From a bacterium (GTDB taxonomy: Bacteria > Hinthialibacterota > Hinthialibacteria > Hinthialibacterales > Hinthialibacteraceae), in the NCBI GenBank assembly GCA_041946805.1, contig JBHGBC010000011.1:1-64000 (forward strand): 64,000 nucleotides of DNA, given 5' to 3'. Below, in pieces: positions 28,150-38,170 of the stretch. A program made the translations under genes and the position numbers. Positions within the stretch are counted from its first letter, which is position 1. Each line of letters opens with the position of its first letter. The notes beneath the pieces were generated by a model. It did not search any database, was not told the DNA's origin, and saw nothing but the letters and a program-made list of their open reading frames with translations.

Positions 28150-29661
28150 ATGTCGCTCATTGGATTGGATATCGGCACCACCGGGTGCAAGTCCGTTGTC
28201 TTTGATGCCCAGGGAACCATCCTGGGCCAAGGCGCGCGCGAGTACGCCATCCTGACGCCGAATCCCCAGTGGGCTGAACAGGACGCCGAAGCCGTCTGGC
28301 GGCTGGCGTTGGAAGCGATCCAAACCGCTCTTCTCTCTGTCCCCGCGCATGATCCACCCCGCGCCTTGGCTTTGTCCGTGCAAGGCGAGGCGGTCATTCC
28401 GGTGGACCGCGAAAGCCGCGCTCTTCGTCACGCCATTCTGGGCATGGACACCCGCACCGGTGGGGAAAACGCCTGGCTGGCCTCCCATTTCGGTCCCGAG
28501 GCGTTGTTTCATGTCACCGGCATGCCGCTGCACACCATCAACACCCTCCCCAAGTTGCTGTGGCTGCAACGCCATGAGCCGGACCTGTGGAAAACCGCCC
28601 ACCAATTTTTGCTCTACGAAGACTTCTTTCTGCGCCGCCTGGGTGGCGTGGCTTGGATCAGCCATTGCCTGGCCTCACGCACGCAACTCTACGATCTCCA
28701 GCAGGGCGATTGGGCGGATTCTCTCCTCGATGAATGCGGGATCGAACGCGAGCGCCTCGCGCCCCTGGCCCCGCTGGCCGGCGGCCCGGTGGGGATGCTG
28801 CTTCCCGAAGTGGCGAAACAACTAGGTATCCGCCATGAAGTGATCCTGGCTTCCGGCGGGCACGACCAGGCCTGCGCGGCGCTCGGCAGCGGCGTGATCC
28901 GCGAAGGGCAAGCCCTGGTTTCCACCGGGACCGCCGAAGTGGTGGAAGTCGCTCTGCGGACCCCCGCGCTGAACCAACACCTGCGGGAGAGCAATATCTC
29001 CGTGTACCGCCATGTCACGGGAGGGCTGTATCTCGCGATGACGCTGAATCATTGCGGGGGATTGCTGCTGCGGTGGTTCCGGGACGCATTCTGCGAGCCG
29101 CAAGTCCTCCAAGCTGCCGCCTCCCACGACGATCCTTACAACCTCATTCTGAACCACGCTCCGCCCGCGCCCACCGGCCTCCTGGTCCTGCCTCATTTCG
29201 CCGGCAGTGGAACGCCATGGCTGGATACGTCCTCCAAGGGAGCCATTCTTGGCCTGACGCTCTCCACCAACCGCCCCACGCTGGCCAAGGGCATCCTGGA
29301 AGGCTTGACGTTTGAATTGCGGGTGAATCTGGATCTCTTGCGCAAGGCGGGCGTTTCCATCAGCGAATTGCGCACCGTCGGCGGGGGAGCGAAAAGTCCA
29401 CTCTGGCTGCGGCTGAAGGCGGACATCGGCCAGGTTCCGCTGTGCGTTCCCCAGGTCACCGAAGCGGCCTGCCTGGGCGCGGCGCTGCTGGCCGGCGCGG
29501 CCGCGGGCGTCTATCCGGATCTAGAAACAGCCGTTACCCAAACCGTCCACATTCGGGACCGGATCGCGCCCGATCCCGCCACGGCGGCCGCCTACCAAGG
29601 GCTTTATGAAACGTATCAGCGGTTGTATCCCGCGTTGAAGGCGCTCCATGTTGGTAATTAA
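28150..29661 (+). CDS. FGGY-family carbohydrate kinase
   Basis: [38 protein letters not shown]. Confidence 0.92.
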   Translation: MSLIGLDIGTTGCKSVVFDAQGTILGQGAREYAILTPNPQWAEQDAEAVWRLALEAIQTALLSVPAHDPPRALALSVQGEAVIPVDRESRALRHAILGMDTRTGGENAWLASHFGPEALFHVTGMPLHTINTLPKLLWLQRHEPDLWKTAHQFLLYEDFFLRRLGGVAWISHCLASRTQLYDLQQGDWADSLLDECGIERERLAPLAPLAGGPVGMLLPEVAKQLGIRHEVILASGGHDQACAALGSGVIREGQALVSTGTAEVVEVALRTPALNQHLRESNISVYRHVTGGLYLAMTLNHCGGLLLRWFRDAFCEPQVLQAAASHDDPYNLILNHAPPAPTGLLVLPHFAGSGTPWLDTSSKGAILGLTLSTNRPTLAKGILEGLTFELRVNLDLLRKAGVSISELRTVGGGAKSPLWLRLKADIGQVPLCVPQVTEAACLGAALLAGAAAGVYPDLETAVTQTVHIRDRIAPDPATAAAYQGLYETYQRLYPALKALHVGN

Positions 29662-29712
29662 CTGTCAGAATCGTTACCTCCGCGGTAACGATTAACTTGA
29701 ATCCGCCCTTGA

Positions 29713-29753
29713 TCCCCTGGCCCTCTCCCAAGGAGAAAGGGCCAGGGGGTGGG
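29713..29753. repeat. family A variant hairpin
   Basis: CCCCTGGCCCTCTCCCAAGGAGAAAGGGCCAGGGGG. Confidence 0.6.
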
Positions 29754-29903
29754 AATGATCTGGGTGTCCGCCCGCCAGAGGAAGAGGATGGAATACTTTT
29801 TTCACCGCCAAGTACACATTTGCCGGATGAACCCATTTTCTCTTCAGTCAGGTATTCAGTTCGTGAATGGCATACGATTCACCGGTCCTCAAAGGAAAAT
29901 CAC

Positions 29904-31133
29904 ATGGTTCGAAAAATCGTCCTTCTCCCTCTCCTTCTCCTTTTCACCATCCCCGGGGCGTTCGCGTCCGGCACATTGGCGAAAATCGAAACGGTGCCAC
30001 AAGCGCTCGCGTGGTTGAAATCCACCTCCACGCGCATGATTCAGGAAAGCCGGCGTCCCATGGCCGATGGCACGGCCGCGTTTCCCCCGCAGGTGGGCAA
30101 GGGCTACGAGGCGTTCTGGCTGAGGGATTACGCGTACATGCTGGAAGGCAACCTTGCCGCTTTCGAAAACCGGGAACTGATCGAAGCCTGCCGGCTCTTT
30201 GTCAAATCCATGCGGGAAGACGGCGCGGGAGTCGATTGCGTGCGGTTCGACGGCACGCCCATTTACAAGCCGGGAATGGGCGGCATGGGCGAGAATCCCG
30301 TCGCCGACGGATCGCAATTTACAATCAAGGTGGCCTGGTATACCTATCATAAGACACGAGACCGGGCCCTGGTCCGGGAAATCATCGGCCGCCTGGTGCA
30401 ATGCCTGAACGCCTGCCCCAGGCATCCGGAAAGCGGCCTGGTGTATATCGATCCGTCCCGCGAATACGACCGTTGCCCCTACGGATTCACCGATACCGTC
30501 CGCATGAAGGGCGAAACCTTGTTCTGCAGCCTGTTGTTTGTCGAAGCGGCGCGCGAACTGGCCGGTCTGTTGCGCGTGGCGGACCGGAACCGGGAGGCGG
30601 AGGAATGGCTGGCGGAATCCCACCGGGTGGCCGCCAAAATCCGGCGGATCTTTTGGGACAATGAAATCGGCCTGTTCCGCGCGGCCACCGTCCAGTGCCG
30701 GGAGCCGGATATTTGGGGTTCGGCCTATGCCGTATACACCGGGATCGCGGATACGGAACAATCGAAACGCATCGCTGCGTATTTTGCTGATCATTATTCG
30801 GAGCTCACCCAGCACGGCCAGGTCCGGCACACCCCCGCCGGCGTGTATTGGGAAGCGGCGAACCCCCGGGACGAGTATCAGAACGGCGGCTATTGGGCCA
30901 CGCCGTCCGGATGGTTCGCGTATACATTGAACCTGGCGGATCCCCAGAAAGCGGACCGCCTGATCGTCGAGCTGGTGAATGACCTGCAAAAACGCAACTG
31001 TCCTGAATGGATCTTCAACGAGCGCACCCAACTGCCCGGATACAACGCCAGCGCGGCCCTGCCCATCGCGGGGATCGAGAAAATGCTGCGCCAACGCGAG
31101 GCGCAAGCCGGAAAAGGCGAGATTCACCGCTGA
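29904..31133 (+). CDS. secreted six-hairpin (alpha/alpha)6 glycosidase-like protein
   Basis: Signal peptide; YEAFWLRDY, GFTDT, FWD...GLF, YQNGGYW motifs typical of GH15/63/78-like barrels. Confidence 0.7.
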   Translation: MVRKIVLLPLLLLFTIPGAFASGTLAKIETVPQALAWLKSTSTRMIQESRRPMADGTAAFPPQVGKGYEAFWLRDYAYMLEGNLAAFENRELIEACRLFVKSMREDGAGVDCVRFDGTPIYKPGMGGMGENPVADGSQFTIKVAWYTYHKTRDRALVREIIGRLVQCLNACPRHPESGLVYIDPSREYDRCPYGFTDTVRMKGETLFCSLLFVEAARELAGLLRVADRNREAEEWLAESHRVAAKIRRIFWDNEIGLFRAATVQCREPDIWGSAYAVYTGIADTEQSKRIAAYFADHYSELTQHGQVRHTPAGVYWEAANPRDEYQNGGYWATPSGWFAYTLNLADPQKADRLIVELVNDLQKRNCPEWIFNERTQLPGYNASAALPIAGIEKMLRQREAQAGKGEIHR

Positions 31134-31208
31134 GACGCGGAGGACGCGGAGAGAATGTAGGGGCCCGTTGCCACATGCCTCTATTCACGCAACGGGCTGC
31201 TACCCTCT

Positions 31209-31241
31209 CCCTCTCCCTCTGGGAGAGGGCCAGGGTGAGGG
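31209..31241. repeat. palindromic repeat family A
   Basis: CCCTCTCCCTCTGGGAGAGGGCCAGGGTGAGGG. Confidence 0.85.
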
Positions 31242-31315
31242 AAAGCCTGCAAAGGCGCCATGCAGCATATCCGTGGAAACTGTCCATTCCTGTCTCCCCC
31301 GTTCGGCGAATCTGG

Positions 31316-31345
31316 TTGACAGGGAAAGCGCGTTCATGAGAGAAT
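31316..31345 (+). promoter_or_regulatory. putative sigma70-type promoter
   Basis: TTGACA-N15-TGA-GAGAAT upstream of the prepilin gene. Confidence 0.45.
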
Positions 31346-31407
31346 GAACCGATTGATCGTGATTCATTTCTTATTTCGATGAGGTTTCATCACCGGGAGG
31401 TTGTATC

Positions 31408-32034
31408 ATGCGTATCGCCGGAGATGCCCGCAAGATCCGCCAGGGATTCACCTTGATCGAATTGCTGATCGTCGTGGCGATTATCGGCATCCTGGCCGCG
31501 ATCGCCGTGCCCAATTTCCTGAACGCGCAGGTGCGCTCCAAGGTCGCCAAGGCCGAGAGCGAAATGAATTCGTTCGTAACCGCCTGCGAGATGTACCGCA
31601 TCGACCACGGCCAGTATTTTCCCCATGCGGGGTATCCCAACAGCGTCATTCACGCGCCCTGGCAGAACAAATATCTCACCACCCCGGTCGCCTATTTTTC
31701 CGCCCAGCCCCGCGATCCCTTCCAGGACATTGCCGTTCAAGATGCGAATTCCTGGAACCTGACTTTCGGGATGTATCACCTGGAAAACATCTTCATGAAG
31801 GATGGCTCGTATTACGCCGGGGGGGCGATGGATCCCAATCTGCGCGTTCCCAACAATCCCGCCGACGTGGCCCGCGCCTTCGCCAACCGCCCCCATTCCT
31901 ATGAGTTGTGGAGCGTTGGCCCGAACAACAAACTCGATTACAACGTGTCCGGCAGCGGGATCACGGGCTTCATTTATTACCGCGCCAGCAACGGCGTGCA
32001 GAGCCTGGGCGACATCGTCTGGATCCGCCCCTGA
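31408..32034 (+). CDS. prepilin-type (GspG-like) protein
   Basis: RKIRQG|FTLIELLIVVAIIGILAAIAVPNFLNAQVRSKVAK; GGAGG RBS. Confidence 0.9.
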   Translation: MRIAGDARKIRQGFTLIELLIVVAIIGILAAIAVPNFLNAQVRSKVAKAESEMNSFVTACEMYRIDHGQYFPHAGYPNSVIHAPWQNKYLTTPVAYFSAQPRDPFQDIAVQDANSWNLTFGMYHLENIFMKDGSYYAGGAMDPNLRVPNNPADVARAFANRPHSYELWSVGPNNKLDYNVSGSGITGFIYYRASNGVQSLGDIVWIRP

Positions 32035-32044
32035 AGGAGACAAG

Positions 32045-32968
32045 GTGAATCAACCTTCGAACGAGGCCATCAACCGGCGTGATTTTGTGAAGTCCGCTTC
32101 GTCTATTGCGGCGCTCGCGGGATTCGGCTTCCTGGCCGGAAATTCCGCGCGCGGTTCCTTGGCCTCGGCGGACCTCGAATCGCGCCTCTTCATCATGGAC
32201 ACCTGGTTTTGGGACAACCAGCTGGACGCGGCCCGCCAGGTGGAAATCCTCAAGCGGATCGGCGTTCCCCGGGGGAGCGACTGCCGCAACCAGTGGGACG
32301 CCTTCCCTAACGTGCTTAAGTCTTTCGACCAGGCCGGCGTGGCCATGGCGGCGGTTTATCTCCGCCTGGATCTCGGCACGGAGGAAGTGCCCGCGTATGT
32401 CCCTGCCCTGTTCCAATCGTTAAAAGGCCACGGTACATTATTGTGGGTCAATCCAGCCAGCGGGAAATTCAAGCCGTCGGATCCGGCGGGGGACGCGGCC
32501 GCCGTGGCGCTGCTGCGGAGGCTCGATGAATTGGCGAAGCCCGCCGGGCTGCCGATATCGCTGTATCACCACCGCGGCGACTGGCTGGAAAAGGCCGGCG
32601 ACGCGTTCCGCGTGGCGGACAAGACGGAACTCGAGAACGTGGGCTGCACGTTCAACCTCTATCACTGGTTGGCCACGGAAGGTCCCGAGAATCTGGAAGC
32701 CATCACCAAAACCGTGTTCTCCAAACTGAACTGCCTCAACATCAACGGCGCGATGAAGGATTCCGCCGCGCTGGACGTGCGGAAGGCCATCCTGCCCTTG
32801 GGCGAGGGCGATTACGATGTGGAACATTGCGTCCGGACGTTCGTGAAACTCGGCTACCGGGGCCCCATCGGCTTGCAAGGCTACGGCATCGGCGGCGATG
32901 TGGAAGCCAAGCTGATCCAATCCCGCAACGCCTGGCGGGGGATGTGCGAGCGGATTGCGAAGGGGTGA
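32045..32968 (+). CDS. Tat-exported sugar phosphate isomerase/epimerase-family TIM barrel (AP_endonuc_2-like)
   Basis: GAAGGAG RBS and GTG start; NRRDFVK Tat motif; LYHH, NVGCTFNLYHW, LPLGEGDYD, GY.GPIGLQ. Confidence 0.8.
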   Translation: MNQPSNEAINRRDFVKSASSIAALAGFGFLAGNSARGSLASADLESRLFIMDTWFWDNQLDAARQVEILKRIGVPRGSDCRNQWDAFPNVLKSFDQAGVAMAAVYLRLDLGTEEVPAYVPALFQSLKGHGTLLWVNPASGKFKPSDPAGDAAAVALLRRLDELAKPAGLPISLYHHRGDWLEKAGDAFRVADKTELENVGCTFNLYHWLATEGPENLEAITKTVFSKLNCLNINGAMKDSAALDVRKAILPLGEGDYDVEHCVRTFVKLGYRGPIGLQGYGIGGDVEAKLIQSRNAWRGMCERIAKG

Positions 32969-33049
32969 ATCTGGAGCTGATGCAGGCTGAGTGAGTTTCT
33001 GTTGAGAATTCGCAAGAAAAGATTGGACGAAATGAAGTAAGGTCATTTA

Positions 33050-33210
33050 AGCGCCAACGGCGCGCCAGAATCTAGCCCAGAGTCACGCCCTGGGAAAAGA
33101 ACGATAAAAGGAATAATTCCCTCTTCCTCTGGGAGAGGGCCAGGGTGAGGGAAGCCCTGAAAGGGCGAAATTCAACCTATCTCTGCAATCGAGTAATCAT
33201 AAACAGTTAC
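33050..33210. repeat. composite repeat B+A plus MITE right end
   Basis: B unit, spacer, A hairpin, then a tail ending AAACAGTTAC that is shared with 63545-63707. Confidence 0.8.
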
Positions 33211-33225
33211 CATAGGAGAACCGTC

Positions 33226-34215
33226 ATGCCATCATCTTACGACCGCCGCACCTTCATCCGCCACTCGCTGCTCACCTCCGTGGGGGGAACCTTGGCCGTG
33301 AATTCGCTTTCTCAATCGGCGCTGGCCCAGAACGCGCCTCAACCGGCTGGAGAGGCCCCGGCGGCGGCCGGCGGCGCGCTGCCCCAGGGAAAAATCGGGG
33401 ACCTGCAGGTCAGCCGCCTGCTGCTGGGCGGAAACCTGCTCACCCATTTCACCCATAGCCGCGATTTGCAATACGTCTATAACCTCGCGAAGCATTACAA
33501 CACGGTCGAAAAGATCTGGGAAACCATGGCGCTGGCCGAGAAGCACGGCGTCAACACGGTGGTCATCCACACCGCCCCCGGGGTCATGGATTTCCTGCAG
33601 CGGTACCGCAACGAGCGCGGCGGCAAGATCCAGTGGATCATCTGTCCCACCGCGCCCATCGACGATTCGATGGAAGAGTTCCGCAAGCAAGTACGGGAAA
33701 TCGTGGAAGCCGGCGTGGACGCGGTGTATGTCTGGGGCGTGCGTTCGGACCAGCTGGTGGCGCAGGGCCGGCCCGAGCTGATCGCCAAGGCAGTCGCCAT
33801 CGCCAAGGAATTCGGCGTCCCCTGCGGCGTGGGCGCGCACGACCTGCGGGTGATCACCGCCTGCGAGAAGAATGGAGCCAACGCCGATTTTTATATCAAG
33901 ACCTTCCATCATCACAACTATCCCAGCGGGCCCAAGCCGGAAGAGATCAAGGATCCCTACGCCGAGTTCCCCGGCTATTGGTGCAGCCACCCGAACGAAG
34001 TGGTCGAGGTCATGAAGGACATCGGCAAACCCTGGATCGCCTTCAAGGTCATGGCCGCCGGGGCCATCCCGCCGGAAAGCGCCTTCCAGTTCGCCTTCGA
34101 CAACGGGGCCGATCACGTGCTGGCGGGAATGTTCGATTTCGAGATCGCCGAGGATGTCCAAATCGCCAAGACCGTCTTGGAAAAAGTCAACCGCAAGCGG
34201 GAGTGGGTCAGTTAG
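33226..34215 (+). CDS. Tat-exported aldo/keto reductase-like TIM barrel protein
   Basis: DRRTFI Tat motif; LPQGKIG...VSRLLLGGN; KPWIAFKVMAAG; AGGAG RBS. Confidence 0.75.
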   Translation: MPSSYDRRTFIRHSLLTSVGGTLAVNSLSQSALAQNAPQPAGEAPAAAGGALPQGKIGDLQVSRLLLGGNLLTHFTHSRDLQYVYNLAKHYNTVEKIWETMALAEKHGVNTVVIHTAPGVMDFLQRYRNERGGKIQWIICPTAPIDDSMEEFRKQVREIVEAGVDAVYVWGVRSDQLVAQGRPELIAKAVAIAKEFGVPCGVGAHDLRVITACEKNGANADFYIKTFHHHNYPSGPKPEEIKDPYAEFPGYWCSHPNEVVEVMKDIGKPWIAFKVMAAGAIPPESAFQFAFDNGADHVLAGMFDFEIAEDVQIAKTVLEKVNRKREWVS

Positions 34216-34511
34216 GCGGGGATGGAGCCATTCAATCCTTTCGCCGCCATCATCCCAGGGCTGAAGCCCTGGGCTATTTTAATCTGGTCGTTGAAACGGT
34301 AAAACATCATCAAAGAAGCAAGGCCATTGGTCCGGGGATTCAATTCGGGGCCAATGGCCTGGATTCCCGCATACGGGGGATGACATCCGTTGCGAGATTG
34401 AATGATCTTGGAGTTTGAGAGGGTGGCAAGAGGTTCGGGGCGCGTGGCGCTGGGCCTCTATAATAATCTGGCTCATAAACAATCAGCCTACAATGCATTC
34501 ATCCGTTTCTC

Positions 34512-36089
34512 ATGCCCCATCATCCTGGACATCTTGTGCATCCGGACCATCCTGATTCAGACCCAATCCCTTTGCTCCCGCGGACGTATCTCCGTATCAG
34601 CCAAACCCTGCTGGCGTGGGCGGCGTTGTTGATCTTCTATTTTGCGTGCCTGTCGCACACGGTGCTGGAGATCGACATCTGGCACCAGCTGGCCCTGGCG
34701 CGGGAAATCGTGCGGTGCGGTCATGTTCCGATAGAAGATGTCTTCGCCTTCACGCCCACCGTGAAGCCTGCTATCCATCACGAATGGGGAGCGGGGATGG
34801 CCGCTTACGCGGCGCTGCGGATGTGGGGGGCGGGGGGGCTGCTGGCCATCAAATACGCGTTGGGTTTCGGGCTGCTGGGGATCCTCGTGGGGATCCTGCG
34901 GCGGCAATCCATTCCGCCCGGGCTGATGATGTTGTGCCTGCCGGTGGGTTTCATCCTGCTGCAACGGGGATTCACCACGCTGCGGCCGCAAATGTATTCC
35001 CTGTGCTTCACCGCGCTGCTGCTCTGGTTTCTGCGGATGGACCGAAATGGTAACCGGGGGTGGCGGTACGTTTGGCCTTTTTTGTTTGTGGTCTGGATCA
35101 ACCTCCATGGCGGATTCCTGATTGCCTTCGGGCTGCTGGGGGCGTACGGCTTGGAATGTTTTCTGGACCGGCGGCCCTGGCGGCCGGTGGCGGTCCTGCT
35201 GCTGATCCAGGCGGGGCTGCTGGCCCTGACGCCGTACGGCCTGGCTTACTACCCCTTCTGGTGGCACGCCCTCACGGGGCTGGAGCGGCAGTATCTGACG
35301 GATTGGCGGCCGCTCTACACGTGGTGGACCGAAGGCCAGGCCCGCTTTCCCTTCGTGGTATATCTCCTCTCCGCCGCCGCCGCAATACTCGGATTCCTTC
35401 GCGCGGCTTCCTGGCCCGCCGGCCGGTTTGAGATTTTGTTACTGGGGGCGGCGGCGTTCTTCTGCCAACGGCTGGTCTTCTTTTACGCCCTGGCGTGGCT
35501 GGCTTATGTTCCGCTGGCCTTGCGCCCGTGCCGGATGGGAAAAGCGGTTCAGGCCGTGTGGGAAAAATACCCGCTGTTGTGGATCATCGTCTCGCTTTCC
35601 GTCTTCTTTTCGTTCGGCCGATTCCTCCTGGCGCGGCAGCCGTTCGAGGTGCTGATCCCCGGCGCGCGGCTCGAGCGGTACGGTGACCATCCCATCTATC
35701 CCGTGGGGGCGGCCGATTATCTGCGGCGGCTGGGCTTCAAGGGCAATCTCATGGTCTATTTCGCCCAAGGTTCCTATGTGGCATGGAATCTCTATCCTCA
35801 CGTGCGGATCGCGGCCGACGACCGCTACGAGGCGGCGTATCCCGAATGGATTATCGAGGAGAATTTCCAACTGTACGATCAAGCCAAGGATTACGAACGG
35901 ATCCTGGCGGCGTACCGGGTGGATGGCGTCCTGGTCCCTCAGCGATGCTCTCTGGCCAAGGCCTTGCGCAAGGACCCTCGCTGGCAAGCCGTCTACACGG
36001 ATCCCGAATACGCCATCTATGTATCGGCGGGCGCCGGCTATCCCTTGGAGAAACACGCCCAGGTGATGCCCTGGGGCAGCCTTCCCTGA
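34512..36089 (+). CDS. polytopic membrane protein, probable GT-C-type glycosyltransferase/modification enzyme
   Basis: Many hydrophobic segments; DIWHQL..AREI, HHEW, LRPQMYS, WINLHGGF, YPVGAADYL, DDRYEAAYP. Start uncertain. Confidence 0.7.
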   Translation: MPHHPGHLVHPDHPDSDPIPLLPRTYLRISQTLLAWAALLIFYFACLSHTVLEIDIWHQLALAREIVRCGHVPIEDVFAFTPTVKPAIHHEWGAGMAAYAALRMWGAGGLLAIKYALGFGLLGILVGILRRQSIPPGLMMLCLPVGFILLQRGFTTLRPQMYSLCFTALLLWFLRMDRNGNRGWRYVWPFLFVVWINLHGGFLIAFGLLGAYGLECFLDRRPWRPVAVLLLIQAGLLALTPYGLAYYPFWWHALTGLERQYLTDWRPLYTWWTEGQARFPFVVYLLSAAAAILGFLRAASWPAGRFEILLLGAAAFFCQRLVFFYALAWLAYVPLALRPCRMGKAVQAVWEKYPLLWIIVSLSVFFSFGRFLLARQPFEVLIPGARLERYGDHPIYPVGAADYLRRLGFKGNLMVYFAQGSYVAWNLYPHVRIAADDRYEAAYPEWIIEENFQLYDQAKDYERILAAYRVDGVLVPQRCSLAKALRKDPRWQAVYTDPEYAIYVSAGAGYPLEKHAQVMPWGSLP

Positions 36090-36215
36090 GAGGAAACCGG
36101 GAAGCGTGCCGGGCACATTGCCTTTCCCCGCGCGGCAAGGAAGAATAGATCTCCGCCCACCCCGGGGGCTTTACTTTTCAATTCATCTTATGATCCAAAA
36201 GGAAATACCGGATTC

Positions 36216-36617
36216 ATGAAAAAAGATATCCTCACAATCAAAACCTCGGCCCGGACCGAATTTGTTCCCCTATTCCAGAAAGTCCAGAGTGTGTTGTCCA
36301 CGTGGGGCGCGCGGGATGGAATCTGCACGTTCTATGTCCCGCACACCACCGCCGGGATTTTCATCAACGAGGGGTGCGATCCCGACGTGGCGCACGACAT
36401 TCAAAACACCCTGGACCGCCTGGTCCCCTGGCAGGGGGGATATCATCACATCGAGGGCAATTCCGCCGCCCATATCAAGGCCGCTCTGGTGGGCAACAGC
36501 CGTCAAGTATTGGTCGAGAACGGCCAATTGCAGCTGGGCCGTTGGGAGGATATTTTTTTTGCCGAATTCGACGGCCCCCGCGCCCGGCAGCTGATCATGG
36601 CCTTCCTCGAGGGCTGA
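36216..36617 (+). CDS. yjbQ: YjbQ/UPF0047 family protein
   Basis: PHTTAG..INE..DPDV..D, H.EGNSAAHIK, LG.W..IFFAEFDGPR.R. Confidence 0.9.
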   Translation: MKKDILTIKTSARTEFVPLFQKVQSVLSTWGARDGICTFYVPHTTAGIFINEGCDPDVAHDIQNTLDRLVPWQGGYHHIEGNSAAHIKAALVGNSRQVLVENGQLQLGRWEDIFFAEFDGPRARQLIMAFLEG

Positions 36618-36799
36618 CTTTGAACGGCTTCGCCAACGCGTACCCCTGCCCTGTCGCAGGTTGGATTAGCGCGAAACGCGTGACCTGCCCCTCCCTGTCG
36701 AATCCCCGCCGGGAATCCATTAAATTGCCGCGGTTTTAACCTGTGGAGCGGAACTGGGCATCAGGCCGTGGAGCACACGCTTCCCGGTTTGACTCGCAT

Positions 36800-36850
36800 C
36801 CCTCTCCCTCTGGGAGAGGGCCAGGGTGAGGGATGCCCTGGAAAAGCGAA
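36800..36850. repeat. family A repeat with tail
   Basis: CCCTCTCCCTCTGGGAGAGGGCCAGGGTGAGGGATGCCCTGGAAAAGCGAA. Confidence 0.85.
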
Positions 36851-37006
36851 ATATGTTTTCATCTGGCCATCGAATGGCGAGTTCCGTTGGGTAATTTTCA
36901 GGCTGCGTTGAAACCAGCTGGCTATCATCCAGGCCTTCTCCCCCATGCGTGTTTTTTGCGACAATACGACTGGCTGGATCTTCACCGATTTTCCTGGAGG
37001 GAATCC

Positions 37007-38167
37007 ATGATGAAGCGTTTCTTTCACGTTGCGGCAACCGCGTTCCTCATTCTCCTGCTGGTTCTGCCCGGCATCCCATCCCCGATTTCCGCGGACGAGA
37101 CGGGCGTCAGCGAGGCCCGCTTCGCGCGGCTGGCGAAAGGCATCAATCTTCCCGGATGGATGTGGCTCACCCGCCGGGAAGTGGGGGATTTGGAACGGCG
37201 GTTTTCGTCCGAGGACCTGGAACTCATTCACAACCTGGGATTGACCCACGTGCGTGTGCCGATCGATATGGCCAATGTGTACGACTCCCGGGAGAAGGAA
37301 CTGCTGAATCCCCGCGCGGTGGAATGGCTGGACCAGGGCATCGACAAGATCCTGCAACATGGCCTGGCCGTGGTGGTGGACCTGCACAGCATCTCGCAGC
37401 GGGAGGGCGGCAGCAATTATTCCGGCCCGCTGGGTGAGGATGAGAAATTCACTGAATCATTCATCCGGTTTTGGTCCCGGTTCGCCCAGCATTTGAGCAA
37501 GCATGATCCCGAACGGGTGTTTTTGGAATCCATGAACGAGCCGGTCTTCCGCCAAAAGGAGGATCTCTGGCCGCCCATCCAGGAAAGGGTGATCCAAGCC
37601 ATCCGCCAGAACGCGCCCCGGCATACGATCCTCGCCACCGGCGCCGGCTGGTCGAATATCCACACCTTCGTGAAACTCCAACCGCTGGCGGACAAAAACA
37701 TCATCTATAACTTCCACTTCTACGAACCGCACATCTTCACCCACCAGGGAGCCACCTGGAGCTCGGACATGGTCAAGATCCTCCGCGAGGTCCCCTACCC
37801 CTCCACGCCGGAAGCGGTGCAAAAGCCCATCGGTCTCGTGGAGGATGAAGAGGCGAAAAAAGCCCTGCAACGGTATGGGGATGAGCGCTGGAACGCGGAC
37901 AAAATCGGCGAGGCGATCGGACATGCGGCGGCCTGGGGACAAACCCACGGCGTCCAACTGACCTGCAACGAGTTCGGCGCGTACCGGAACTTCTGCCTGC
38001 CGGAATACCGGATCCCGTGGATCCATGACGTCCGCGCCGCGTTGGAGCAACACCACATCGGCTGGTGCATGTGGGAATTCGACGGCAGCTTCGGCCTCGT
38101 CCGGCGCGAAAACCGGAAAGCGGCCGTGGATGAAGATGTGGCGAAGGCCTTGGGATTGAAGGAATAA
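37007..38167 (+). CDS. secreted glycoside hydrolase family 5
   Basis: Signal peptide; HVRVP, VVDLH, MNEP (acid/base), FHFYEP, NEFG (nucleophile), GWCMWEF. Confidence 0.92.
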   Translation: MMKRFFHVAATAFLILLLVLPGIPSPISADETGVSEARFARLAKGINLPGWMWLTRREVGDLERRFSSEDLELIHNLGLTHVRVPIDMANVYDSREKELLNPRAVEWLDQGIDKILQHGLAVVVDLHSISQREGGSNYSGPLGEDEKFTESFIRFWSRFAQHLSKHDPERVFLESMNEPVFRQKEDLWPPIQERVIQAIRQNAPRHTILATGAGWSNIHTFVKLQPLADKNIIYNFHFYEPHIFTHQGATWSSDMVKILREVPYPSTPEAVQKPIGLVEDEEAKKALQRYGDERWNADKIGEAIGHAAAWGQTHGVQLTCNEFGAYRNFCLPEYRIPWIHDVRAALEQHHIGWCMWEFDGSFGLVRRENRKAAVDEDVAKALGLKE

Positions 38168-38170
38168 TCC

